DNA of 63,882 nt, filler included, from Thraustochytrium aureum (lineage: Eukaryota): NCBI GenBank assembly GCA_012862495.1. It is 5 parts of 4 records of this genome, joined end to end, with 100 filler letters (N's around TTAATTAATTAA, not from the genome) between each part and the next. Parts side by side here need not be neighbours in the genome. Positions count along the whole stretch, not along the records: positions 23,805 to 50,271 come from BLSG01000353.1; 4 more parts are not named here. One strand, given 5' to 3'. Every line of letters begins with the position of its first letter. Position 1 is the stretch's first letter. A program made the translations under genes and the position numbers. Positions 36,203-46,700 of this stretch are shown piece after piece. Below the pieces are notes generated by a model. The model saw only the letters and a program-made list of their open reading frames with translations, was not told the DNA's origin and did no database searches.

Positions 36203-37759
36203 CTCGTCGGGCTCAACCGCACAACCTTCCTCCAGCCGCGAGTAAGCGCCAGCAACTATCTCCCGAGTCCCTTCCTAACCGTTTCAGCGTCTCGTATCTG
36301 CGTCTGCCTCCGCCTCCACCGCCGCTGCCGTTGTCGTCGTCGTCGCGGGCCTCGTCGTCGTCAATCCGGCGTAACTCGCGCAAAAATGGCTCAAATCCCG
36401 AGATCCCAAAACCCACGCCCGCCGCTCGCTCGCGCGCACAGCGCCAGACGTGCTACAGAGCACGATACGCCTGCCTCCGCCTTCCTTCCTTCNNNNNNNN
36501 NNNNNNNNNNNNNNNNNNNNNNNNNNNNNNNNNNNNNNNNNNNNNNNNNNNNNNNNNNNNNNNNNNNNNNNNNNNNNNNNNNNNNNNNNNNNNNNNNNNN
36601 NNNNNNNNNNNNNNNNNNNNNNNNNNNNNNNNNNNNNNNNNNNNNNNNNNNNNNNNNNNNNNNNNNNNNNNNNNNNNNNNNNNNNNNNNNNNNNNNNNNN
36701 NNNNNNNNNNNNNNNNNNNNNNNNNNNNNNNNNNNNNNNNNNNNNNNNNNNNNNNNNNNNNNNNNNNTCCTGCCGCGTCCAACCGCCGCTCCCGAAGCTC
36801 GATTCGCGCCGCCGTTGTGTGTCTGCCGGGCGCTTTTCTGCGCCTGCGCACGCGTCCACGCGCACAAGATACCGAGTTTCCGCAACCTCGCCCCAAACCT
36901 AACTGAAATCCGCTCCTACGCCGCCCTGCTTTTCGGGAATTGGCGCAACGGCAGGAGTGCGGGGCGAATGAGCGAGGTGCATTATAGACGGTGCGTGGCT
37001 GTATCCGCAGGCGGAGCTGGGCAATTATTGCCGAGTTCGACCTACGTGGTCAACCTGCTCGAACAGAATTGACACGAGTCAGGAAAGACTCGCGGGTTGT
37101 CGTGATCAGCATCATTCTCGATGCGTTGGCGGACGAGGAACGTCACGTCCTATGGCAGCACATCCTGTGCCAGATGATGATGATGCACTCACTGGGCTCC
37201 AGTAGGCTACTTGAGTACTTGTGGAGCGCTTACACAAAGTTCGAGAGCTGTCCTGCTCGCTCTCGCGACGTCAACGACGAGGCTCAGCGGACTCAACTCG
37301 TCAGTCGCTCGTCGCGGTCATCAGCGGCGAACATGGAACCTTGGGCATTGGCCCGGCTGCTCTGTTGACGGCGACCTGCCAGCTCTGCCAACATCTTGCG
37401 GACTTCGCGCCGAGCTGGCGATGTCCGTTGCGTCAACTCGGCTGCCGCACGGCTGGCTTGGCAGCTTGTCGAGTTCACGCCGGCCTCATCGAGGTTGGCT
37501 GGCATCGACGTTGGCTGGCATCCTGCATGGACGAGCTGCACTGACTGGCAGAGCCTCGAGTTGGCAGATGAGGCTCTGGCGGTCGTGGCGGCTGTATTGA
37601 CGCGTGGTGGTGCATGCATGGCCTGTGCGACTGCAGCTAACGCTCGACGCACTCCTGGACCCCGACGTCGAGTGCCGGCACGGTGCCAGGCGCGAAGAGA
37701 GCGGCAAGGGACTTGTGAGCGCGCGTGGCGGGCGCCTGGCGCGCGCGAGTGACTCGGCA

Positions 37760-37905
37760 GCCGCACGCAAGCCGCACGCAAGCCGTACGCAAGCCGCACG
37801 CAAGCCGCACGCAAGCCGCACGCAAGCCGCACGCAAGCCGCTCGCAAGCCGCTCGCAAGCCGCACGCAAGCCGCACGCAAGCCGCACGCAAGCCGCTCGC
37901 AAGCC
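37760..37905 (+). repeat. Minisatellite, 11-bp unit GCCGCACGCAA x ~13
   Basis: Directly visible, with variants GCCGTACGCAA and GCCGCTCGCAA. Confidence 0.95.
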
Positions 37906-38976
37906 ATGGTGACAAGCCGCAAGCGCAAGCGGCAACTCGAGGTGATCGACTCTGCAGATCGAAGCGACAGGCCTGCAGAGGCGGCGCCGGAGGGCCAAGC
38001 CGGCGCTGCTGACAGCAGCCAAGGCAAGCTCGCAAAAGGCGCAANNNNNNNNNNNNNNNNNNNNNNNNNNNNNNNNNNNNNNNNNNNNNNNNNNNNNNNN
38101 NNNNNNNNNNNNNNNNNNNNNNNNNNNNNNNNNNNNNNNNNNNNNNNNNNNNNNNNNNNNNNNNNNNNNNNNNNNNNNNNNNNNNNNNNNNNNNNNNNNN
38201 NNNNNNNNNNNNNNNNNNNNNNNNNNNNNNNNNNNNNNNNNNNNNNNNNNNNNNNNNNNNNNNNNNNNNNNNNNNNNNNNNNNNNNNNNNNNNNNNNNNN
38301 NNNNNNNNNNNNNNNNNNNNNNNNNNNNNNNNNNNNNNNNNNNNNNNNNNNNNNNNNNNNNNNNNNNNNNNNNNNNNNNNNNNNNNNNNNNNNNNNNNNN
38401 NNNNNNNNNNNNNNNNNNNNNNNNNNNNNNNNNNNNNNNNNNNNNNNNNNNNNNNNNNNNNNNNNNNNNNNNNNNNNNNNNNNNNNNNNNNNNNNNNNNN
38501 NNNNNNNNNNNNNNNNNNNNNNNNNNNNNNNNNNNNNNNNNNNNNNNNNNNNNNNNNNNNNNNNNNNNNNNNNNNNNNNNNNNNNNNNNNNNNNNNNNNN
38601 NNNNNNNNNNNNNNNNNNNNNNNNNNNNNNNNNNNNNNNNNNNNNNNNNNNNNNNNNNNNNNNNNNNNNNNNNNNNNNNNNNNNNNNNNNNNNNNNNNNN
38701 NNNNNNNNNNNNNNNNNNNNNNNNNNNNNNNNNNNNNNNNNNNNNNNNNNNNNNNNNNNNNNNNNNNNNNNNNNNNNNNNNNNNNNNNNNNNNNNNNNNN
38801 NNNNNNNNNNNNNNNNNNNNNNNNNNNNNNNNNNNNNNNNNNNNNNNNNNNNNNNNNNNNNNNNNNNNNNNNNNNNNNNNNNNNNNNNNNNNNNNNNNNN
38901 NNNNNNNNNNNNNNNNNNNNNNNNNNNNNNNNNGGTCGACGAGGAGTGGCTTTCGCGCGTCCTCGAGGCCTGCTAG
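37906..38976 (+). CDS. Possible nuclear protein, mostly within a gap
   Basis: GCCATGG start, then the NLS-like MVTSRKRKR. After the gap, VDEEWLSRVLEAC* is reminiscent of a BRCT-domain end. Most of the sequence is missing. Confidence 0.35.
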   Translation: MVTSRKRKRQLEVIDSADRSDRPAEAAPEGQAGAADSSQGKLAKGAXXXXXXXXXXXXXXXXXXXXXXXXXXXXXXXXXXXXXXXXXXXXXXXXXXXXXXXXXXXXXXXXXXXXXXXXXXXXXXXXXXXXXXXXXXXXXXXXXXXXXXXXXXXXXXXXXXXXXXXXXXXXXXXXXXXXXXXXXXXXXXXXXXXXXXXXXXXXXXXXXXXXXXXXXXXXXXXXXXXXXXXXXXXXXXXXXXXXXXXXXXXXXXXXXXXXXXXXXXXXXXXXXXXXXXXXXXXXXXXXXXXXXXXXXXXXXXXXXXXXXXXXXXXXXXXXXXXXXXXXXXXXXXXXXXXXXXXXXVDEEWLSRVLEAC

Positions 38977-39596
38977 TGGGTAGCGTGCCGAGGCCGTACA
39001 ACTTGCGAATCGCATGATCCGGCGGCCGTCGCCCGGCGGCCTTCGCCCGGCGGCCTGGGTGGCTGCACTCCGGTCGGTGCCATGCCGTCGTTGCCCGGGG
39101 CGGTCGCGCCTGCGGAACAACTGGGATTCACGCGGGCCGATTTTGGCGCACACCTCCACCTCACCTGCTCGGCTCGCCTCCCTTCGGGAGCTCAGCACGG
39201 CGTTCCGAAGTTGGTGCCCGGTGACGCCGGCCGACCGGCACATCCGCTGGGTGTCGTCGGGCGAGATCGCGGATGACCGAGCCCAGCTGCAGCTGGTCTA
39301 CTCGAGAGTTGGAGTATACTCTACGACTCGGACATCAAACATCATCAGTCAGTCGACCTGCGACGGCTGCTCAACCGTTTGTTTGCGGCGTGCAGACCCT
39401 CAACGCCGCGTCCTCATCAAGATCGGCGAGCACGTGGCAAGGAACTTGACGGCCTTGACACATCATCCAAGCAACATCGGCGACAGCCTCGCGGCGCGCG
39501 AACCGGTCCACGCTCGCTGGCCTGCGACGGCAAGCAAGCGCCACCAAGTCGTTGCAGTGGGTGGTGCCCGAGCCAACGCTCGCGACGCCCGCGAGG

Positions 39597-40421
39597 ATGG
39601 CCAACAAGGAGTGGAAGGCGCCCAAGACCGTGGCGGACCTGTACGAGAAGGAGTTCCCGGATGTGGCCTCCAAGCTTGAACCCGCCGGAAACGCGCCAGT
39701 GGCTGGAGCGCGCACGGAGCGCGAGCTGCCGCGTGGCAACGCGCGGTTTCAGCTGTACTCGCTGGCCACGCCGAATGGACAAAAGGTGGGGATCGTCATG
39801 GAGGAGCTTGGGCTGGAGTACGACGCACACGTGATCAACATCATGAAGGGCGACCAGTTCACGTCCGGGTTTGTCAAGATCAACCCGAACAGCAAGATTC
39901 CTGCGCTCGTGGACACCGGTGCGAACGGCGGCGACCTGGCCATCATGGAGAGCGGCGGCATCCTCCTCTACCTTGCCGAGCAGACGGGCAAGCTCCTCCC
40001 CAAGGACCCGCGCAGCCGAGTGCGGGCGATCCAGTGGCTTTTCTGGCAGATGGGCAGCCAAGCGCCATACATCGGCCAGTTCAACCACTTCTTCAGCTAC
40101 GCCCCTCGTGACAAGGTCGACGCCATCGAGTATGGCGTCGAGCGCTACGGCATGGAGACGCAGCGCCTGCTCTCCGTTCTGGAGAACGAGCTCAAGGAGA
40201 ACGAGTACATTGCCGGCGACGAGTACACGATCGCAGATATTGCCATTTGGCCCTGGGTCAGCGGGACCATGGGGCGCGCTGGCGAATTCCTGCAGGTTGA
40301 AAAGTACCCCAGCGTTCGCCGGTGGGTGGACCAGATTGCGGAGCGCGACGCTGTCAAGCGCGGCATGACGGTCTGCAACTTTGCTGGCGTGGCGAAGCCG
40401 TGGCTCGAGGAAGCCAAGTGA
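39597..40421 (+). CDS. Glutathione S-transferase, YghU/Nu-class (GSH-dependent disulfide oxidoreductase)
   Basis: AGAR...ELPRG..FQLYSLATPNGQKV, GDQFTSGFVKINPNSKIPAL, ESGGILLYLAE, WLFWQMG and YTIADIAIWPW. Confidence 0.92.
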   Translation: MANKEWKAPKTVADLYEKEFPDVASKLEPAGNAPVAGARTERELPRGNARFQLYSLATPNGQKVGIVMEELGLEYDAHVINIMKGDQFTSGFVKINPNSKIPALVDTGANGGDLAIMESGGILLYLAEQTGKLLPKDPRSRVRAIQWLFWQMGSQAPYIGQFNHFFSYAPRDKVDAIEYGVERYGMETQRLLSVLENELKENEYIAGDEYTIADIAIWPWVSGTMGRAGEFLQVEKYPSVRRWVDQIAERDAVKRGMTVCNFAGVAKPWLEEAK

Positions 40422-41693
40422 GCCGGAAAATTGCGTCATTGCCCTCGAAAAGAAACAGAAAAAAAACGAGCGAGCCGAGATAGGGGTGGCACCGCGCCCT
40501 GGCCTCGTGTATCGGGCCCAGCTCGCTCGACACGTGTCGCGCAAGCGCGAGAGATTCCAAGAAAAAGCAAGAAACAAAAAATCCACCACCAAACTAGCCA
40601 CCCCACCCCCGCTTTCCGTTGCGCGGCCTCGCACATTGCCAGATCAAGACAACCCACGCACCACGCCTTCACTGCTTGCTCAGAGCAACACGCCGGGCCA
40701 ACCCGAGCACCACCACGGCCAAGCATGCGGACCAAGAACACCAGCAGCAGCACCAGCACCAGCACCAGCAGCCAGCATGCACGATCCAACCAGGCAGAGT
40801 CGTCCACGCACCAAGAGAGTAAGCAAGCAAGCAGTACTCTCCAGGCAGTAGAGTGGAGTACTCTCCACGCCACCATTGCGGGCACCAGCGCATCCATCCC
40901 GGCGCGCGTGTAAGCAAGGAGGACTGCGAGCGTGTAAGGCGCCCACGCACCGCCATGGCGTTCACGTACGCGCTTGCTCGTGCGCTCCACATGCACACAA
41001 CGAATGTCGCACATGGCGGCGGCCAAGTCGCGGCCAGAGCTCTGCAGGCCGTGCAGCGTGGGTGGGCGGGTGGTGGTGCATTACACCGTTAACTCCACCC
41101 ACTGCCGCAGGAAAGAGCAGGAGAGCGGGCCGCACACCGCGTGACAGGCACTCCGACGACAGACACCCAGGCAGGCAGGCAGGCAGGCAGGCAGGCTTGC
41201 AGGCAGACTTGCTGGCTGGCTGGCAGGCTGGCGGTTGTGGAGTACCTTACTGTAGAGCGGNNNNNNNNNNNNNNNNNNNNNNNNNNNNNNNNNNNNNNNN
41301 NNNNNNNNNNNNNNNNNNNNNNNNNNNNNNNNNNTGCGCACTTTGTTTTGCCCTTCCCATTTCCCTGCATGTCCTTCTCCTCCTCGAGCGAGTCCTGACC
41401 ACGAGCGCCAGCCAGCACCTCAGATGCCAAACCAACAGGTCACGCAGAAGCGCGAGCGAGCGGCAGCAGAACGCCTCGTGCTGTCGGAGCTGGAGCGGTT
41501 GCTGCGCGGGTCCTCGGCGGCTCGGTTTGCCGGCCTGGGCTCGGGCGGGCTGGGCAGGTGGTGGCCTACTTGACTTGCTCCGGCCATCCTCCCCGCGGAG
41601 ACGGTTTGGGCCGTTGGAGTGCCGCGCGTCCTAGGCGAGCGAGCACTGCGGGCCTGTGGCAGCGGCGGTGAAGGGCCCGGGGGCGCTGGGGAG

Positions 41694-42527
41694 ATGGGAG
41701 GGCTGGGCGGCGCGCATGGGACTGTGACGATTGATCTCGATGAGCTCCGGCACGCCGAGAAGCTCATGTGGATTTCATCCTTCATTGGCGTGTCGGTGAT
41801 TGGGCTCATTGCACGGTACCTGGACGATGTGGAGCAAAAGCTGTACGGCAGGCTCAAGCTCCGCAATACCAACTTGTTCTGCGCCACGTTCACCTCGGCG
41901 ATGGCGGTCTTCTACTGCTCCGTCACGCTCCTGCAAGCCGGGCGCGGCACGTTTGCAGGGTTTGAGGACCTGCTGGTGGGCAAGATCCAGCTGACGCCAT
42001 TGCAAGAGTTCCAGGCCTGCGTGATCCACTCGTTCATGTTCGGCTACATGGTGCAGGACCTCTTGGGCCGCTTCATCTGGGGCAACTACAAGTGGTCTTT
42101 CATCCTGCACCACGCCGCCTGCATCGTGGGCCTCGCGCTCTGCCTGGTCTGGGACCAGAGCGCCGTGTTCGGCAGCGCCGTGGGCATCTCAGAGTCCACC
42201 ACCCCGCTTGTCGCCATCATCGAGATCGCGCGCGCCGACAAGATGGACAAGCTGGTCCTGGTCTGCGGCCTCCTGCTCAACCTCGTGTTCCCCTTCCGCG
42301 TCGCGCTGTTCACCTGGGTGACCTACCTCTGGGCCTTCGAGCACATCCACGCGCCTTTCGGCAAAGGTGCCAACCTCGGCACGGAGGACTTCACCATGAA
42401 CTTGCTCGCCTGGTGCAGCGTAGCCGTGCTGACCGCGCTCAACTGGATCTGGTGGAAGGAGCTCGTCTTCACCACGGCGCAGGTGCTCTTGGGCAGCAAG
42501 CCAAAGGCGCCCACCAAGGCCGATTGA
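41694..42527 (+). CDS. TLC (TRAM/LAG1/CLN8) domain membrane protein
   Basis: Multiple TM segments with GYMVQDL, FILHH, ESTTPL, F.FRV and LNWIWW. Confidence 0.8.
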   Translation: MGGLGGAHGTVTIDLDELRHAEKLMWISSFIGVSVIGLIARYLDDVEQKLYGRLKLRNTNLFCATFTSAMAVFYCSVTLLQAGRGTFAGFEDLLVGKIQLTPLQEFQACVIHSFMFGYMVQDLLGRFIWGNYKWSFILHHAACIVGLALCLVWDQSAVFGSAVGISESTTPLVAIIEIARADKMDKLVLVCGLLLNLVFPFRVALFTWVTYLWAFEHIHAPFGKGANLGTEDFTMNLLAWCSVAVLTALNWIWWKELVFTTAQVLLGSKPKAPTKAD

Positions 42528-43762
42528 CTGGCCGGCCGCGTGTTGCCGGCCGAAACGACCCCGGGCGGATTGACTGGTCGGCCGCGCGTTGCTGGCGGCG
42601 ATCGAAAATCAAAACCTCTGTCCTCAGCCTTCCTTCCATCCATCCATCCTTCCTTCCTTCCTTGCGTCAATCCAGCACGCGCGGGCTGCCCGTAGCACAT
42701 TGCGTCCAAGTGGCATCGCCATTCTGCAGAGTGTGGCCAAGCACTATCTCAACAACTACGTGAAAGTACTCGAGTCCATCGACACCGTAACGTGCTCCAA
42801 CGAGCTGTCCTTCCTTCTTGCCACAATCCCTCTTCTCGGGCGCGGCAGGCAGGCAGGCAGGCAGGCAGGCGGGCGGGCGGGCGGGCGGGCGAGCGGCGGG
42901 CGGGTAGACGGACGGGCGTGCTGGCAGGTTTGCGCGCGGCGGCGCCAGGCCTTCCTGCGCCCGAGATCGGCATTTTTCTGGGGTGATCTCGCTTCTGGTG
43001 CGGCTCCCGCTTGCTGTCTGCCTGCGCTGCTGGCGCGCGAAGGGATGGCCTCTCGGACGCTGCGCGTGCGGCGAACCGCGTGGATGGCGGCGAAGACCAG
43101 TACTATCGCGAGCTCCTCGCGCGCGTTGACAACGCCATCGTGGAGACCCGCGAACCTGGCCGCGACGGGTGCAATGTGGAGGACATGTGCAAGAGCTGCC
43201 TGCAAAAGGCGCTCGCCGGCGTGCTCGTTGTCGCGGCGATTGCAACCGAGTGCTGCGTCTCAATAAAGCTGCTCGTCGTGGGCGCCGAATCGCGCCAAAC
43301 AGAGGGTCAGCAGCAGTACCGCCCCGCGCAACAGTCCAATAATGCAGGCGAGGCGTCTATGCCCGACGATAATGGCTTTGACTTGTAGCGCCGCCTCTGC
43401 GCAAAGGAAACGCGCGACGGACGCACCACCCCTGGAAAACGACAAGCCGGCAAACCAGCCCTGAAGAACACCAATCCCAATCCCAATCTCAATCTCAATC
43501 TCCTTGCTGTTGTTCGTATGCTGGAGCGCGGTGGCGCGCCTCGGCAATCTCGACCAGTTCGCAGAATCCTTGGAGAGGACTGCTCCGAGCAGCGCACTGT
43601 CGCGAACGTCGCGAGGGCGGCGCTCGAGCATATCTTGCCCTTGCAAAACCCTCCCCGCAGCAGCAGCAGCACCACCACCACCACCACCACAGCAGCAACA
43701 GAGACCTGAGGGCCACACACAAAACAAACAAAACAAAGCGAACGGCAATGTCGAGAGATAGT

Positions 43763-46700
43763 CTAGTCCATTTCAAGGCGCACAAATTCGCGGCCCGCAC
43801 ATGAAAGCAGTGTGGCCCGAGAAGGAAGCGACTCCAGAACCGAAACCGGCTCAGCGTGCCCGCTGAAAACCGGCACCATCCCGCCGCCAAGGACGTCTAC
43901 GCGGAACACCCGGCCCGCGCTCGTCCCAACAAAGTCGCCGTCCATTGCCGTGATCTCCGAGCTGACGTCGCCAAGGTCCAGCTCGCCAGCAGGCGCCCCG
44001 CCCTCGGCAAACTTGACCTGCAAGACTCGTCGGCCATCCGAACAGAGCAGCAGGTCGGGGTTCTCGTCACTAAAGTTAGCCAAGACCATGTCCTCGCAGG
44101 CCAACTCGCACATTGTCTGAATCTCGTCGTCGTGAAACTCGAGAACAACAACGTGCCTTTGCTGGAGACGACCGCGACGAGCTCCGGCATCTGCCGCGAC
44201 GCCCGCAAGCGGCACGACCTGATGCTGCCCGAGTCTGATGCAGCGCCTGCGTTTGCCGCCGCTGTCAGGTCGACTCGCGTCGGCTCGGCGACCCGGCCGC
44301 CCTGCTCAAGCCGAAACGCGCAGACTTGCCCGCTCGCCGAACCGCAGACAAGCCAGNNNNNNNNNNNNNNNNNNNNNNNNNNNNNNNNNNNNNNNNNNNN
44401 NNNNNNNNNNNNNNNNNNNNNNNNNNNNNNNNNNNNNNNNNNNNNNNNNNNNNNNNNNNNNNNNNNNNNNNNNNNNNNNNNNNNNNNNNNNNNNNNNNNN
44501 NNNNNNNNNNNNNNNNNNNNNNNNNNNNNNNNNNNNNNNNNNNNNNNNNNNNNNNNNNNNNNNNNNNNNNNNNNNNNNNNNNNNNNNNNNNNNNNNNNNN
44601 NNNNNNNNNNNNNNNNNNNNNNNNNNNNNNNNNNNNNNNNNNNNNNNGCCCCGAGACGACAAGAGCCGAAACGGCGCTGCCACAAGGGAACGCCTGTACC
44701 TTGGAGACAGACCGCGAGGTCTCGAGGGCAACCGTTCGAACCAGGCCATCTTCCAGGCCAATCGCGCAGTGCGCGCCGCCGTCAACTGCCGACCCAAAGA
44801 GGACAACCGCAGTCGCCGCGGATCGGCATGCGACCTCGGAAACCAGCTCCATCGTGTCTACAGCCCACACACGCACTCGCGTGTCTGCCGCCTTTTCGCA
44901 GGTCGCAACCAGCTCGCCGTCGTCCTGGCTCGAGATGCAGCAAACCGCGCTCTTGTGCCCCCGCGAAATGGGCACCGCGCTCTCTTCCGCCACGTCAATG
45001 TACCACAAGGTCGCGTCAGCGGTGGAGACAACCCCGTCGTTGCCGCGGCCCTGCCACGCCATGTCCATCACGGGCGCGCCGAGATCAAAAACGTGCGCTG
45101 GCAGACTGCCAGGCTCTGGGTAGGCCTCGCTCACCCCCCACACGACTACGATGCCAGACAGTATGCCGCAGACAATGGAGCGCGCGCACCACTCCAGGGA
45201 GCAGATCTCGGCCTCCCGGCCTGCCACCGCGCCAACACCGTTCGTTCTGGGAAGGCCATGATGACAAGCGCGCCGCTCTGATCGCCCGCGGCAACAACGC
45301 TGTCGGACTTGTGCGCTTCTGTGAGCCACTGCGGCGCGGCGGCGAGGCAAGTTACGTGCACACACACTGCGCCGCAGTGCGATGCCTTGGCGTCGGCGCC
45401 GATCGACAGGTCGTCCCCAGTGAACGCGATCTCGTCGTCTTGGTCAATGGTGGGAACCTGGGCCCACACGGTTACCTCGCGCTGCGCGCCCCCGACAACG
45501 ATTGTGCTTTTCGACGCCCACACCACGCAATTGGCGATTCCGTGGTGGACGCGGTCGCTCCACAGGAGTGACCCAAGCGCCACGCTCCAGACGCAGATCA
45601 TACCGTCCTCAGCGCACCCAATCGACACCAGCTGGCGAGAGTCGGGGAAAAGCACATGTCCTGCACGCCGCCGCCGAGATGGCCGACGAGCTCGGTCGGG
45701 AGGAGGTCGTCGTAGCCCTCGCCCCCCGGCCCGCCGACGCGAGCCACGCGCCACAAAATAACCTCTGCAGCCGCGGACCAAGTCTCGCCATTGGACTGCC
45801 CAGCGGGGCGCCTCGTCCGCTCGCGAGCCCCAGTCGCCACAAAGGCTCCGTCCGGGGAGAGGACAATGGTCGAAACGGCAGCGTGGTGCGCGCAGTACGG
45901 CCGTTGCGCCTGCGAGGAGAGGTCCTCCACAACAAGCGTCCGGCCGCTGCAGAAGGCGAACAACCCCGTGGACGGCTGCCACACGACGTTGGAGCTCGGG
46001 AGGGGGCTCGCCCCCACGACGCGCGTGTGGGCCTCTGTCTCCTTCTCGGCCTCTGTCGGCTCGCGCGCTTCGCGGCGCAGCCGTGGCTCCACACCCTGAT
46101 GCGAGCCGACGACGTGCCTGAACGGCAAGGTGGCCAGACCAGCCTTGCGGGTCTCAGACTCAGGGTCGACTGCGCCGGCCGCAGCGGAGGGGCTGCTTGC
46201 GTGCGCCACGGCCGGATTGGACGCGAGGAGGTGCTCGCGCTCGTCGCCGTCAAACTCCCAGACCACCATAGCTTGGCCTTGGCCTACCGTCGCGACAAGC
46301 TTGCAGTCGGGCGAGAACGCAGCGTCCAGCACCAAGCTTGGGTGGCCCAAGAAGCGCTGCACCGCCGGCGCCCCGCTGGGGCCGCCGCGCATGCGATAGT
46401 CCCAGACCTGGACCATGCTGTCGCTACCGGCCGTGAGAAGAAATGCCCCAAGGCCGGGGCTGACGGCAAGCGCAGTCACGCTCTCTGGGTGGAGCGAATG
46501 CACGTCGCGAACGAGTGTGGCCTCCCAGCCCCGCGCTTGGGGCGGCGCAATCGTGTGCACGTCCGACATGGCGCTCGTGGCCAGCGACGCCGCGACGCCC
46601 GGCAAAATACGAAAGCGGCACACGCGGTTGTCCTCGGTCGTGGCCACGAGCTCTGTCGAGTCGGGCGAGAAGGCAACCGAAAGAAACCCGCGGTGCCGCG

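Noticed and set aside
36960..37750. Possible degraded gene upstream of the minisatellite
   Set aside because: Only short ORFs in different frames, with no supportable product.
42690..43750. Short ORFs between the TLC gene and WDR90
   Set aside because: Interrupted by microsatellites, with no consistent gene model or motif.
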